Virus record (IMG/VR): IMGVR_UViG_3300037010_001702
Coordinates: 175,442-239,441 of that record
Length of the DNA: 64,000 nucleotides
Strand: one strand, 5' to 3'
Part shown: one piece after another, positions 1 to 9,142 of the stretch
How the letters are laid out: each line of letters opens with the position of its first letter
Position numbering within the stretch: position 1 is the first letter of the stretch
The notes under the pieces: generated by a model
Databases searched by the model: none
The model's input: the letters and a program-made list of their open reading frames with translations, nothing else
Told to the model about the DNA's origin: nothing
Translations under genes and position numbers: made by a program

Positions 1-1329
1 ACTTGGACAAGTGGTGGTACAGAAGGTATTCTCGGGAAGTCAACAATTGTTCTTCCACCTAAGACCCTTAACCAATCTTCCACATCCCTATCCCTTACTG
101 GCAAGGGGGTCTTCAACTATGGTGAGTATCAGCAGGAAAATTTCCTGCGCATCCTCGAAAGCTTTGCATCTGCAAACATACCAGCAAACCCAACGATAGG
201 TCAAATTTGGTTTAACACGACTGAGAGCACTCTCTATGTCTGTGCCGACTCCCAAACCGTTCCAGCTACCATGCAGCAGTACCATATAAATGGTCGCTAC
301 GTTTGGCTTAAGGCTGGTAGCTCAACTGCAATTGGGGATATTTCTGTAGGTCTAGGCTATATCCCAGCTCCACCCGTTGCAATCGCGTCCGATTCTCAGA
401 CAGCAATGTCAGTTGCTATTACGGGTGGCGGCACCCAAACAACTCTTCACATCAACAAGTCAGATGGTACGCACGATGGTTACCTAGCAGCTGCGGACTG
501 GTCTCGCTTTGACACCGTGCAAAGCAAGTTTCCAACAACAAGCACTGGAACCATCATGGTGACTGATGGTGACACGATGACTGGGCCACTGATCCTCGCA
601 GGTGATCCAACTAATTCAAATGGCGCTGCTACCAAAAATTACGTTGACAACCACAGTGTATCGAGCATCATAGCTGGAAGTAACATTACGATTGACCACA
701 GTCAGGGTAACGTAACTATTAGCGGTATGCCGGGAACGGTTACTAGTGTTACAGTTGGTGGTACAGCTGGCAGAATTACTGGTTCTGGAACGATTACATC
801 ATCAGGCTCAATCGCTCTTGACCTAGCAACTTCTGGAGTATCCGCTGGTTACTACGGAATGGCAAACGTAAATGTTGACGCCTACGGTAGAATCACAAGC
901 GCAGTTCCCGGCACTCTAACAGTTCAAGGTACTGGTGCTCTTAGTGGGGGCGGAACTATTGGATCTGGTGGCACTGCTACCCTTGACATGGCAGTAATCC
1001 ATGGCGGTGGTTACTTCACTAATGCGAGCGTTCAGCTTGACGGATATGGTAGAGTAATCGGGGCTTCTTCTGGCACAAATACAGCAACAGCTCCAAATAA
1101 TAGTGGTGGTATTGGATCATGGGTTGTTCTTGGTAGCGGACCGAGTGGTGATGGCGTTCCAGCCCAACTACCCCCAGGTGGAACATGGGCTTACTTTGTG
1201 ATGAATATCGTGGATGATGGTAACGTAACTGATATTGAAAGTCTCGCTGGTGTTGCGGCTGGTGGTACACTTCTGGTTGGTAGCGCTGTCTTCCACTCAG
1301 GTCAAGGATTTGCTTGGAGAATTGCATAA
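1..1329 (+). CDS. Tail fibre / virion structural protein, 5'-truncated (frame is open from base 1, upstream of the track's ATG at 271)
   Basis: Frame 1 is open from base 1. It carries SLSLTGKGVFNYGEYQQENFLRILESFAS...PTIGQIWFNT, GDPTNSNGAATKNYVD and a G/T/S-rich body with VDAYGRIT-type repeats typical of fibre proteins. Confidence 0.7.
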   Translation, partial: TWTSGGTEGILGKSTIVLPPKTLNQSSTSLSLTGKGVFNYGEYQQENFLRILESFASANIPANPTIGQIWFNTTESTLYVCADSQTVPATMQQYHINGRYVWLKAGSSTAIGDISVGLGYIPAPPVAIASDSQTAMSVAITGGGTQTTLHINKSDGTHDGYLAAADWSRFDTVQSKFPTTSTGTIMVTDGDTMTGPLILAGDPTNSNGAATKNYVDNHSVSSIIAGSNITIDHSQGNVTISGMPGTVTSVTVGGTAGRITGSGTITSSGSIALDLATSGVSAGYYGMANVNVDAYGRITSAVPGTLTVQGTGALSGGGTIGSGGTATLDMAVIHGGGYFTNASVQLDGYGRVIGASSGTNTATAPNNSGGIGSWVVLGSGPSGDGVPAQLPPGGTWAYFVMNIVDDGNVTDIESLAGVAAGGTLLVGSAVFHSGQGFAWRIA

Positions 1330-1727
1330 TGTCTAAACTAACCAATCTTGGATTTTCTGGTCCATACAACTTAAATGCTGATGGTAGCGTTAACGCAATC
1401 TTCAAAACCTACCCATATCACATTCATGAGACTGCTACTCCTGAAGCGTGGATGGCTCTTCAAGCAGATCTTGCTGACGCTTCTTCAGGAGTGGTTCTGG
1501 TTCCTTACGTAGAACCAGTTATTAATCCTGCTGAGCAGCTTCGCATTTTAAAGTCGGCAGCAAGTGCAGCTCTCAACCAATCTGACACTGTGGTTATCCG
1601 ATGTGCAGAAGCCGGTGTGGCTGTTCCTCAGGACTGGAAGGACTATCGTTCAGCTCTTAGAGCGATTATCTCTGGAACAGCAATCGTTGCTCTTCCTGTA
1701 AAACCAGCCTATCCTGCTGGAACATAA
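1329..1727 (+). CDS. Tail fibre assembly chaperone-like protein
   Basis: TAATG stop/start overlap with the fibre gene; C-terminal WKDYRSALRAI...LPVKP motif typical of tail fibre assembly proteins. Confidence 0.55.
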   Translation: MSKLTNLGFSGPYNLNADGSVNAIFKTYPYHIHETATPEAWMALQADLADASSGVVLVPYVEPVINPAEQLRILKSAASAALNQSDTVVIRCAEAGVAVPQDWKDYRSALRAIISGTAIVALPVKPAYPAGT

Positions 1728-1781
1728 GATTACTTTCGGTCTGACATTGTAATATAATCTAACTTAGATTAAGGATCAGAC

Positions 1782-2000
1782 ATGTACAAATTTGCAGGAT
1801 ATGGTATCAAGATTGGTGGCGACATTGCTCAATTCGCCCGCAACTTTGAAATTGCCACGACGATTAAGCAGCAAAAACATTTAAACGATGATGCTGTTGT
1901 CATGCTTTACGTCTTTGAACAGCTCAAGGAAATGGCTCCTGTTAAAACGCAAACCGACGATGCGATAGACCTTACAAAAGAAGATGATGGAACAAATTGA
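1782..2000 (+). CDS. Hypothetical protein
   Basis: AAGGA RBS, ATG, TATAAT upstream. Confidence 0.55.
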   Translation: MYKFAGYGIKIGGDIAQFARNFEIATTIKQQKHLNDDAVVMLYVFEQLKEMAPVKTQTDDAIDLTKEDDGTN

Positions 2001-2295
2001 AGGATTTATGGTATTTTGGATCGATGTTACTGACATCGGTTCGCGTAGTGCATTTTTCAGCCACGAAGATTATGCTGACCCAATGGGTGAAGCGATGAAG
2101 CTTATGGCTGAACTTCGTATTGAACCTCAGAACCAATTTGTTACGATGGCATCACAGAACAAGAATTCTGTCGGTAAGTCAGGAGTTGATTCCATTGTTG
2201 ATGGGAAGACTCCAGACGGTTATGCATATGAATGGTCCAAGGCGGGAAGGGCCGGTAAAATGAAGCGTTCTCGCCACGCTGCAAGTTCCAGTTAG
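1984..2295 (+). CDS. Hypothetical protein
   Basis: Overlaps the previous stop; 103 aa ORF in operon orientation. Confidence 0.6.
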   Translation: MMEQIEGFMVFWIDVTDIGSRSAFFSHEDYADPMGEAMKLMAELRIEPQNQFVTMASQNKNSVGKSGVDSIVDGKTPDGYAYEWSKAGRAGKMKRSRHAASSS

Positions 2296-2423
2296 AACTG
2301 CAGATCCAGCAGCGATGTCAGAAATGCTAACTGATCCGACTATTTCTACCACTTTAGAGTTCAAGTTGTAACAGAGTAACATAAAAGTAACCTTAATTTG
2401 GTTACTTTGTTACACAAATAACT

Positions 2424-2453
2424 GTGTTCATTTATCAGGTTCTGTTGTATAAT
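2424..2453 (+). promoter_or_regulatory. T4-type early promoter with upstream GTAAC/GTTAC boxes
   Basis: GTGTTC-N18-TATAAT. Same GT[G/T]T[A/G]C-N17/18-TATAAT pattern at 6385, 26103, 26807, 40220, 40585, 44355, 44765, 45619, 49226 and 49632. Confidence 0.7.
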
Positions 2454-2472
2454 AACTTATCAACGGAAACAA

Positions 2473-2787
2473 ATGATGAATCTGCCTTTTAACTTTATCG
2501 GTCATTGCTACTCTTCAGACAATTTCCTTTGGAGTAAGGAATACGGTCATTTCTCCGCCAATATTGCTGAAGTTCCCTCAGTTCTCCGTCAAATGTTCAA
2601 TGATTCGATGGACCTTGGTTTCGCGATGCGTTCCTCGAAGACAGGCAGCATTGTTTACTTCACTCTTGAAGATGTTTTTCGTAACTCAGATGGTGATGTT
2701 ATCCGATGGGATTTTGTTCCTACTGCTGCTACAGTGAATGCACATCCAGCATTACGTTCTGTTAAGGTTACCATCTATAACGACTGA
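2473..2787 (+). CDS. Hypothetical early protein
   Basis: Directly downstream of an early promoter. Confidence 0.65.
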   Translation: MMNLPFNFIGHCYSSDNFLWSKEYGHFSANIAEVPSVLRQMFNDSMDLGFAMRSSKTGSIVYFTLEDVFRNSDGDVIRWDFVPTAATVNAHPALRSVKVTIYND

Positions 2788-2796
2788 AAGAGGAAA

Positions 2797-3237
2797 ATGG
2801 AATTCTCAGTTGAAGGAAGCGCCAAGAATAGCAAGTTTGCAAATGCTTTGATGCCCTCGATTATCAAGCAACTCAAGATCGAAAACAGTGTTTCTGCGGT
2901 TTGTGTGATCATTGATGATGGCTTTGGTGACAATGAGGGTATTACGGTTAACATGGGTATTAGTGGTGTTGATTGCATCTTGGTTGTGATCAAGCCCCAA
3001 CTTCTTCGTGGCAATAAGTTCTTGATTGCTCACAAGGAACTCGCTTTGTCTTTAGCACACGAGATGGTTCATGTAAAGCAATTGGTAAAGGGTCAGTTAA
3101 AGAGTATGGCTGATGGTTCTCAGACCTGGTTAGGAAAGAGTTATCCAGCAGATACACCATATTTGGATCGTCCATGGGAGATTGAAGCATTCTCCCGTCA
3201 AGAATTGATTATGCGGCGGGCCATAGAATTGATGTGA
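2797..3237 (+). CDS. Zincin-like metallopeptidase (HExxH) protein
   Basis: LAHEMVHVKQ motif and downstream PWEIEA; GAGG RBS. Confidence 0.6.
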   Translation: MEFSVEGSAKNSKFANALMPSIIKQLKIENSVSAVCVIIDDGFGDNEGITVNMGISGVDCILVVIKPQLLRGNKFLIAHKELALSLAHEMVHVKQLVKGQLKSMADGSQTWLGKSYPADTPYLDRPWEIEAFSRQELIMRRAIELM

Positions 3238-3418
3238 TTACGAAAGTTCAAGATCGTTATAAGCACCGCGAAAGTAAGGCACCAGTGGTTGAGGTTGAAT
3301 TTGGCTATGACATGATTAATTATGCATTCCTCTGTGATGCTGGTAATGGTTTCATTTACACTGCTCCAATTGCCGATTTTCTCAAATAGTATACCACCTA
3401 TGCTAAGGTGAAATGTAA

Positions 3419-3604
3419 ATGTGGACTCTTCTTCTAGTCATTCTGATAAATGGTGGAGAACAAACTAAATTTGAAACCCACGTTTACCAAACAGAAGAGC
3501 AGTGTATAATAGCTCAACACAGGTTTGAAACAGCAAGTACTTATGGTTATTGCAAATTAACAAAGGAAGAATCAGATGTGCATCACCACTTTTCTCCACG
3601 ATAG
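3419..3604 (+). CDS. Small secreted/membrane hypothetical protein
   Basis: Hydrophobic N-terminus MWTLLLVILI, two Cys. Confidence 0.5.
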   Translation: MWTLLLVILINGGEQTKFETHVYQTEEQCIIAQHRFETASTYGYCKLTKEESDVHHHFSPR

Positions 3605-3917
3605 TGAATTGAATGTTCCTACCTCTAATGAGGAGTTGAACAAGATATTAAAGACTGTTCGTGATGAGACCAAAGAAGATTGGCAGGTTATCGAACGCTC
3701 TTATGTTCAACGTAAGATTTTCAAGAAGCCTGTTGTTGTAAAGTATTTTGAACTTTACAAGTGGATTGGCGGATTCGGTCCTTGGCAGTTGATAAACTTT
3801 TATCGGGCCAATTCCGAAACATCAATCAATACTGAGAATTCTGCAGATGTCGTGGTATCGTTTCTGATGGGAATTCGTTCTGGCTTTTATACTAAAGGTG
3901 CAAAAAATGCAAGTTGA
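3576..3917 (+). CDS. Hypothetical protein
   Basis: 113 aa ORF, AAGGA RBS. Confidence 0.6.
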   Translation: MCITTFLHDSELNVPTSNEELNKILKTVRDETKEDWQVIERSYVQRKIFKKPVVVKYFELYKWIGGFGPWQLINFYRANSETSINTENSADVVVSFLMGIRSGFYTKGAKNAS

Positions 3918-4236
3918 TCAAATCAAGACCCAAATCGAACTAGCTCTTCAAGCTGCACGGGCTGCAGCTCAAAAGATGATCAATGATAATCCAGATGTCT
4001 GGTATCCTTGCGGTTTTGCATGGGTAAAGATTCGTCCAGCTCGTGGTCCAGTTGTAAAGGCTCTCAAAGAGATGGGTCTTGGAAAGGTAGATAGCTACGC
4101 TGGCGGATACATGGTTTATAACCCAAGTGGTAATGCTACTCAATGGATGGATGCAAAGATTGAAGGGGCCCGTGCTTTTGCTGGTGTGCTCAAGAAGATG
4201 GGAGTCAATGCAACTGTACAATCTAGAATTGATTGA
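3907..4236 (+). CDS. Hypothetical protein (conserved phage type, CGFAWVKIRP motif)
   Basis: ATG at 3907 with AAGG RBS; PCGFAWV motif. Confidence 0.6.
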   Translation: MQVDQIKTQIELALQAARAAAQKMINDNPDVWYPCGFAWVKIRPARGPVVKALKEMGLGKVDSYAGGYMVYNPSGNATQWMDAKIEGARAFAGVLKKMGVNATVQSRID

Positions 4237-4445
4237 TGGAGCAGCATTTCAAGCACATGGCTCCAGAGGCATCGAGATTTTATACTCGATGTGTAAATGA
4301 GATTTTACTGAACATCTTTGCTGTTCGAGCTGGTCATTATGGACGATACATGCAAGAGATGAAGGATGATGAAGACCTCCAAGAATGGAGGGAATGTTTA
4401 CCTTTAGTAACAGCCATTATGGCATATAGAATGGGACAAATATGA
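4233..4445 (+). CDS. Hypothetical protein
   Basis: Translationally coupled to both neighbours. Confidence 0.5.
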   Translation: MMEQHFKHMAPEASRFYTRCVNEILLNIFAVRAGHYGRYMQEMKDDEDLQEWRECLPLVTAIMAYRMGQI

Positions 4446-4714
4446 TGAAAAACATAGCAAGGCAAGTCAAGATTTATCCGAAGTTTTCTGCTGGAGAGTG
4501 GCAGCTGAACACTGCTTCCAGGGATTGTAAACCTGCTGCAGATGCTTTGAATAAAGCTCTCAGGCTGGCAGTGAATACTGATGGTAGCACCAAAGACACT
4601 GCCCAAGAATACATGATGAGCATCATGCGACAGTTTGCTGAGTATGGTGCTTATGATTCAGAACCTATCTGGTTTTTGCGGGATGTTCTAACTCAAGTTT
4701 ACAAACGACCCTAA
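4442..4714 (+). CDS. Hypothetical protein
   Basis: Translationally coupled ORF, 90 aa. Confidence 0.55.
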   Translation: MMKNIARQVKIYPKFSAGEWQLNTASRDCKPAADALNKALRLAVNTDGSTKDTAQEYMMSIMRQFAEYGAYDSEPIWFLRDVLTQVYKRP

Positions 4715-4732
4715 TAAGATTATAATGGAATT

Positions 4733-5350
4733 TTGGAGATAATGTTGTCTGATGTACAAGAACGTTTCGATGCTTTCTTTAAGCGTTTTCGAATGACTCA
4801 AATGTGGCGCGACATGGTTAACACTCGTGAAGATAGCACATGGCATCGTGAAGAGAACGTGTCAGTGCATACGCGCATGTTGCTGGATTGGTACAAAGAT
4901 AACCTGTTCAACTATCGTAATGATGTGCAGCGTGTTTTGACAATGGTAGCCTGTCTGTTTCATGATGTGGGTAAGCCACCAGCTCAAGTGGTAAAGACCT
5001 CTGCCGAGCGTGGTGAGTATCGTTCCTACCATGGTCATGAGCAATTGTCTGCTCGCATGTGGATAGATTATGCGATGTCTAACCAAGAGATGGTAAAGGA
5101 AACCCTGAGACTGTCCAACTTAGATATCTCCAACATAGCGCTGATGATCGAGTATCACGTTCCATTTATGCTGAAGGATAAGAAGAAGCGTAAGGCTCTA
5201 AAGGAATCTCTGATTAATCGAATGGGTAATGCTGGGCATCAAGCGTGGCTGGATATGCTGCTGTGTGATACCCATGGCCGTAACTCTGATGATCAAGCTG
5301 AAAATCTGGCCGCTGTAGATGCCTGGATGAAGGGCTGGGAAATAGTATAA
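4733..5350 (+). CDS. HD-domain phosphohydrolase
   Basis: WHREENVSVHT (first His), LFHDVGKP (HD), YHGHE, IEYH and final LCDTHGR Asp. Confidence 0.8.
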   Translation: MEIMLSDVQERFDAFFKRFRMTQMWRDMVNTREDSTWHREENVSVHTRMLLDWYKDNLFNYRNDVQRVLTMVACLFHDVGKPPAQVVKTSAERGEYRSYHGHEQLSARMWIDYAMSNQEMVKETLRLSNLDISNIALMIEYHVPFMLKDKKKRKALKESLINRMGNAGHQAWLDMLLCDTHGRNSDDQAENLAAVDAWMKGWEIV

Positions 5351-5521
5351 TACAAGATCAAGAGACGGCTGAATTGAAGCTTCAGCTTTACTCGCTCACT
5401 AGTAGATGTAAAATCGAATGGCGAAGGAGCTATTGAATTAGCGTGAGCACATAGCGTTTCATCTCTACTAGTACAACATCATTAATGGGGCTGGAATTAC
5501 CAGTCAAGTCTGGAGAAGAGA

Positions 5522-6082
5522 ATGGCTAAGGTTTGTTTTGTCATGGTTGGTGTATCTGGTTCGGGCAAGTCCACGACCATATCGCGCATCAAGAAGATTG
5601 CTGGTGATGGACTACACATGGTCTTCTCCCTGGATAACTGTCGTATTCGTTTCCTGATGTCAAAGACTGGAATGGTTTCTGACCTGGATGATGAGAAGTC
5701 CATCTACGAGATGGCTTTCCAACATGCAAATGATAATCAGAAGGAGTTCGACGCATTCGTAAATGAATTGTGGGCTAAGTGCCTGGCTGCAGATATTCTG
5801 TTTGTCGACAACATGAACCTGACTCGTAAGTCTCGGGCTCGTTGGATTCAAGATGCACGTTCGAAGAAGTTTGCGATTTGGGGTGTTGAGATGATGACTC
5901 CTCTGGATACCATCCTCTCTCGTCAGTCAACTCGTACTGATAAGACTGTGCCTGAATCTATGGTACGTGATATGTACATGCGCCAGCAATCTCTGATGGT
6001 TGGTGATGAAGTAGATTTTCTGGTTGTTGTAGACGGCTCCAAAGATCGAACAGCAACTGAAAGGTATCCTGTTCCGGGCTGA
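5522..6082 (+). CDS. P-loop kinase (polynucleotide kinase / AAA_33-like)
   Basis: Walker A GVSGSGKST, SLD, VDNMNLTRKSR, RQSTRTDKTVP lid. Confidence 0.75.
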   Translation: MAKVCFVMVGVSGSGKSTTISRIKKIAGDGLHMVFSLDNCRIRFLMSKTGMVSDLDDEKSIYEMAFQHANDNQKEFDAFVNELWAKCLAADILFVDNMNLTRKSRARWIQDARSKKFAIWGVEMMTPLDTILSRQSTRTDKTVPESMVRDMYMRQQSLMVGDEVDFLVVVDGSKDRTATERYPVPG

Positions 6083-6384
6083 TTGATATCCTGAACACTC
6101 CAAATCCTATTACTAAAACGGTGTACCTGGATGTGTTCAAAGACAAGGGTTACTACTCTAAAAGCAGCCTCATTACAAGTGGAGCTTTGCTCATACTCCT
6201 GCTGAGGCTATGTAATATGCAACTGAAAAGCGGGTACTAGAGCAAAGTGGGGTAATTCTGCATTGTCAAATTTGCTCGTCAAGGCTGAAACAAAGTCACC
6301 AATACTTCTGAAACTTGGCGAGAAGAAAGCAGCACAGGGACCCATCGAGAAGATCACTCTGACTTCTTTAATTGCAAAATAAGA

Positions 6385-6414
6385 GTTTACTACACCGCCA
6401 GCGCAGTGTATAAT
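6385..6414 (+). promoter_or_regulatory. Early promoter upstream of gene 32
   Basis: GTTTAC-N18-TATAAT. Confidence 0.65.
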
Positions 6415-6523
6415 AACCTTTACAGACAATGCAATGTTGTCTAGATGATGACTTTGTTCAAGAGTTCTTCTTGAACCACCCATGATGAATTTAATGTCTT
6501 AACTACATACTGGTTGAGCGTAC

Positions 6524-6531
6524 TATAAATA
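6524..6531 (+). promoter_or_regulatory. T4-type late promoter upstream of gene 32
   Basis: Exact TATAAATA. Confidence 0.6.
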
Positions 6532-6592
6532 TTTTGTGCAATTCAATTGCACAGTTTATTTTACTTTGATTTTTAATTTTTAGGAGAAATTT

Positions 6593-7468
6593 ATGTCCAG
6601 CGCAAAAAACAAACTTGAAGCTCTAAAGAGCGCCTTTGATAAGAAGGCCTCCACTACAGGTGGAGGCGACCAATCTTGGAAGCTTAAGTATCCCTTCTGG
6701 AAAATGCCAGATGACTCTACAGCAGTTGTTCGTTTCCTCCCCGACCTTGACGACGAAAACAGCCTCGGATTCCTTGTTGAAAATCTTCAGCACGAGTTGA
6801 TTATTAATGGGCAGAAAAAGACTGTTCCTTGCCTTTCCATGTATGGTGAAGATTGCCCAATCTGTGCTCTTTCACGTAAGTACTACGATGAGAAGAATGA
6901 AGAGATGGGTAAGAAGTATTACCGCAAGAAGTCCTACATCGGACAGGTAATTGTTATCGAGTCCCCAATTGAACATGACCAATCTCAACTTGTTAAGTTG
7001 ATCGAATTTGGACCAGCAGTGTTCAAACAAATCCAAGCTGCATTCCAGTCTGGAGACTTGGAAGTACCTCCTTACGAGCTTAAGGGTGGATACAACTTCC
7101 GCATCAAGAAGACAAAGAATGGTCAGTACGCTTCTTACACCACATCCAGCTTTGCTCCTAAGCAATCTGATTTGGAAGATGAGATTCTTGAAGCCATCAA
7201 TCTTTACAACCTTGCTGACTACCGTGGTGCCAAGATGGACCGTGCTACAGTTGAAGCTCTGCTTACAGCAGACCAAACTGGTGCAGCATTCAAGGAAAGT
7301 AGTCATGATGAAGATGAAGCTCCTGCTGCAAAGCCAGCTCTAGTAGCTAAGCAAGCTCCAGCACCTACTCCTGTAGAAGAGGAAGCACCTACACCAGCTA
7401 AGACTGGTTCTGTCCTTGAACAACTCAAGGCTCGCGCTAAAGCTAAAGCAGCAGCTGAAGCTCAGTAA
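6593..7468 (+). CDS. T4 gp32-like single-stranded DNA-binding protein
   Basis: AVVRFLP, CLSMYGEDCPIC Zn site, YYRKKSYI, GYNFRIKKTKNGQYASY; AGGAG RBS. Confidence 0.88.
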   Translation: MSSAKNKLEALKSAFDKKASTTGGGDQSWKLKYPFWKMPDDSTAVVRFLPDLDDENSLGFLVENLQHELIINGQKKTVPCLSMYGEDCPICALSRKYYDEKNEEMGKKYYRKKSYIGQVIVIESPIEHDQSQLVKLIEFGPAVFKQIQAAFQSGDLEVPPYELKGGYNFRIKKTKNGQYASYTTSSFAPKQSDLEDEILEAINLYNLADYRGAKMDRATVEALLTADQTGAAFKESSHDEDEAPAAKPALVAKQAPAPTPVEEEAPTPAKTGSVLEQLKARAKAKAAAEAQ

Positions 7469-7477
7469 TCCACAAAT

Positions 7478-7517
7478 AGGAATGCTTGGGGGATAATTAC
7501 CCTCCAGCATTTCCTTT
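7478..7517 (+). terminator. Hairpin/terminator after gene 32
   Basis: GGAATGCTTGGGGG...CCCTCCAGCATTTCC stem followed by T's. Confidence 0.55.
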
Positions 7518-7530
7518 CACGAGGAAAAAT

Positions 7531-8607
7531 ATGGCCGGATTATCATTTCTAAAAGATTTCCAAAAGGCTGCTAAGAAAATCAGTACGATCTCTATTGGGG
7601 TTCGACAGGTTAATGAGTGGCTTTCATCTGGAAATTATGCATTAAACTACTCGCTCACTGGCGACTGGAATAAATTTGTACCACTTGGCCGCTCTACAGC
7701 TCTTGTAGGCCCATCTGGTTCAGGCAAATCATTTCTAGCAACCTCTGCTATTCGTGAGGCACAGCGATCGGGCTGGCACGTATTGCTTCTTGATTCTGAA
7801 AATGCTCTTGACATTACTTATCTTCAAAAGATTGGTGTTAAGATTGACGAAGACTCAATGACGTATGTCAAGGTCACCATGATTGAAGATGTGAACCAAG
7901 TTCTCTCTGAGTTCTTTAGTTCATACATCAAGAGCTATGGCACTAATAATTATGATGCCCCTCGTGTTCTTATTGTTATTGATTCTTTGGCTATGCTTGC
8001 ATCTACCACTGAATTGGAAAACTATGAACGCGACGGCACTGTTAAAGGTGACCTTGGTCAGCTAGCAAAACGTCGTAAGGCAATGTTGAAGATGCTTCAT
8101 GGCAAAATTGCAATGCTTCCAATGGCACTCGTGTTTACCGACCACGTCTACCCGCAAGACATCATGATGGGAGATGGCGCATGGGCAATGACTAACAGCG
8201 TTAAGTTCTTCCCGTCTATTACTGCTTTGGCTACCAAGCTTAAGTTGAGGGAAGGTACTGACATTGTCGGTATCAGAATGCGAGTTGAAACATACAAATC
8301 GCGCTTTGCGAAAATCGGAAGTAAAGTTGAACTTGAACTTCCATACAGCACTGGATTATCTCCATTCTCTGGTCTAGCAGAGCTTTTGGAAGATCTTGGT
8401 GTGATTACAAAATCTGATGTTCCTGGTAAGAAACAGGGATGGATGATGTCCGTTGGGCCTATTGATGGTGAAACATATTTCTTTAAGCCTGACAACATGA
8501 CGCACGAAGATGCAGCAAAGCTCTTCAAGCACCCTAAGGCACAACCAACAATTGCAGCAGATGAGATGCCAGAACTTCCTGATCTCGATGCTGAAGAAGG
8601 AGAATAA
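7531..8607 (+). CDS. uvsX: UvsX RecA-like recombinase
   Basis: SSGNYALNYSLTG, Walker A GPSGSGKS, LLDSENA, IVIDSLAML; start re-assigned to ATG 7531 (GAGG RBS). Confidence 0.9.
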   Translation: MAGLSFLKDFQKAAKKISTISIGVRQVNEWLSSGNYALNYSLTGDWNKFVPLGRSTALVGPSGSGKSFLATSAIREAQRSGWHVLLLDSENALDITYLQKIGVKIDEDSMTYVKVTMIEDVNQVLSEFFSSYIKSYGTNNYDAPRVLIVIDSLAMLASTTELENYERDGTVKGDLGQLAKRRKAMLKMLHGKIAMLPMALVFTDHVYPQDIMMGDGAWAMTNSVKFFPSITALATKLKLREGTDIVGIRMRVETYKSRFAKIGSKVELELPYSTGLSPFSGLAELLEDLGVITKSDVPGKKQGWMMSVGPIDGETYFFKPDNMTHEDAAKLFKHPKAQPTIAADEMPELPDLDAEEGE

Positions 8608-8608
8608 C

Positions 8609-8809
8609 ATGGCAAAAAATACATACGGTGAATCAATCACAATCGAAATCGTTTCAGGCGGTTTCATTCTTACTTACCCAGTTAAGAGCGATCAAGCATC
8701 TGACTCTTATGACAGCGCTCAACGTGAAGTATTTGCTTCACCCCGCAAACTAAATAAGAAAATCCAAGAGGTTATCAAGGACATTGGGCTTGTAGCTGAC
8801 GAAGACTAA
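8609..8809 (+). CDS. Hypothetical protein
   Basis: AAGGAG RBS then ATG at 8609 just after the uvsX stop. Confidence 0.6.
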   Translation: MAKNTYGESITIEIVSGGFILTYPVKSDQASDSYDSAQREVFASPRKLNKKIQEVIKDIGLVADED

Positions 8810-8820
8810 GTAACCAAACC

Positions 8821-8851
8821 AGGAGAGGGCTAAATTTAGCCCTCTCCCTTT
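8821..8851 (+). terminator. Rho-independent terminator-like hairpin
   Basis: GAGAGGGCTAAATTTAGCCCTCTC followed by CCTTT. Confidence 0.6.
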
Positions 8852-8854
8852 CAA

Positions 8855-9142
8855 ATGAATAATTTTTTGACGTATTGCGCTCTAGCAAAATTCAAACATC
8901 TAATTGAGTCTACGCCCGGGTGTGTAGCTGTTGCTCTCACTGCTGGTAAAGGTGGTGGGTTTGAAATAGAATTTTTGTTTTCTTCCGGGTCAAAGAGTGA
9001 TATAATGATCTCTAATTCACCCAGAGTCTTTACTGATGTTCCAACCCTTCAACTCATGAAGGAAGATTCAGTAGATTTCAGTTATGATTCAGGGGAATTC
9101 ATAATAACAAAGGATTCAAATGTCATTCCTGCTTTTGCTTGA
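8855..9142 (+). CDS. Hypothetical protein
   Basis: 95 aa ORF between the terminator and uvsY. Confidence 0.45.
   Translation: MNNFLTYCALAKFKHLIESTPGCVAVALTAGKGGGFEIEFLFSSGSKSDIMISNSPRVFTDVPTLQLMKEDSVDFSYDSGEFIITKDSNVIPAFA

Noticed and set aside
5348-5524. Translational bypass or readthrough fusing the HD and kinase ORFs (same frame)
   Set aside because: Four in-frame stops lie between them, the kinase has its own GGAG-containing RBS, and no matched take-off/landing codons were evident.
6083-6380. Possible small genes between the kinase and gene 32
   Set aside because: Only short open stretches in shifting frames without a convincing RBS/start; may be a decayed gene but cannot be supported.
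7486-7530. Longer uvsX start given by the ORF track
   Set aside because: It lies inside the terminator hairpin; ATG 7531 has a proper RBS.
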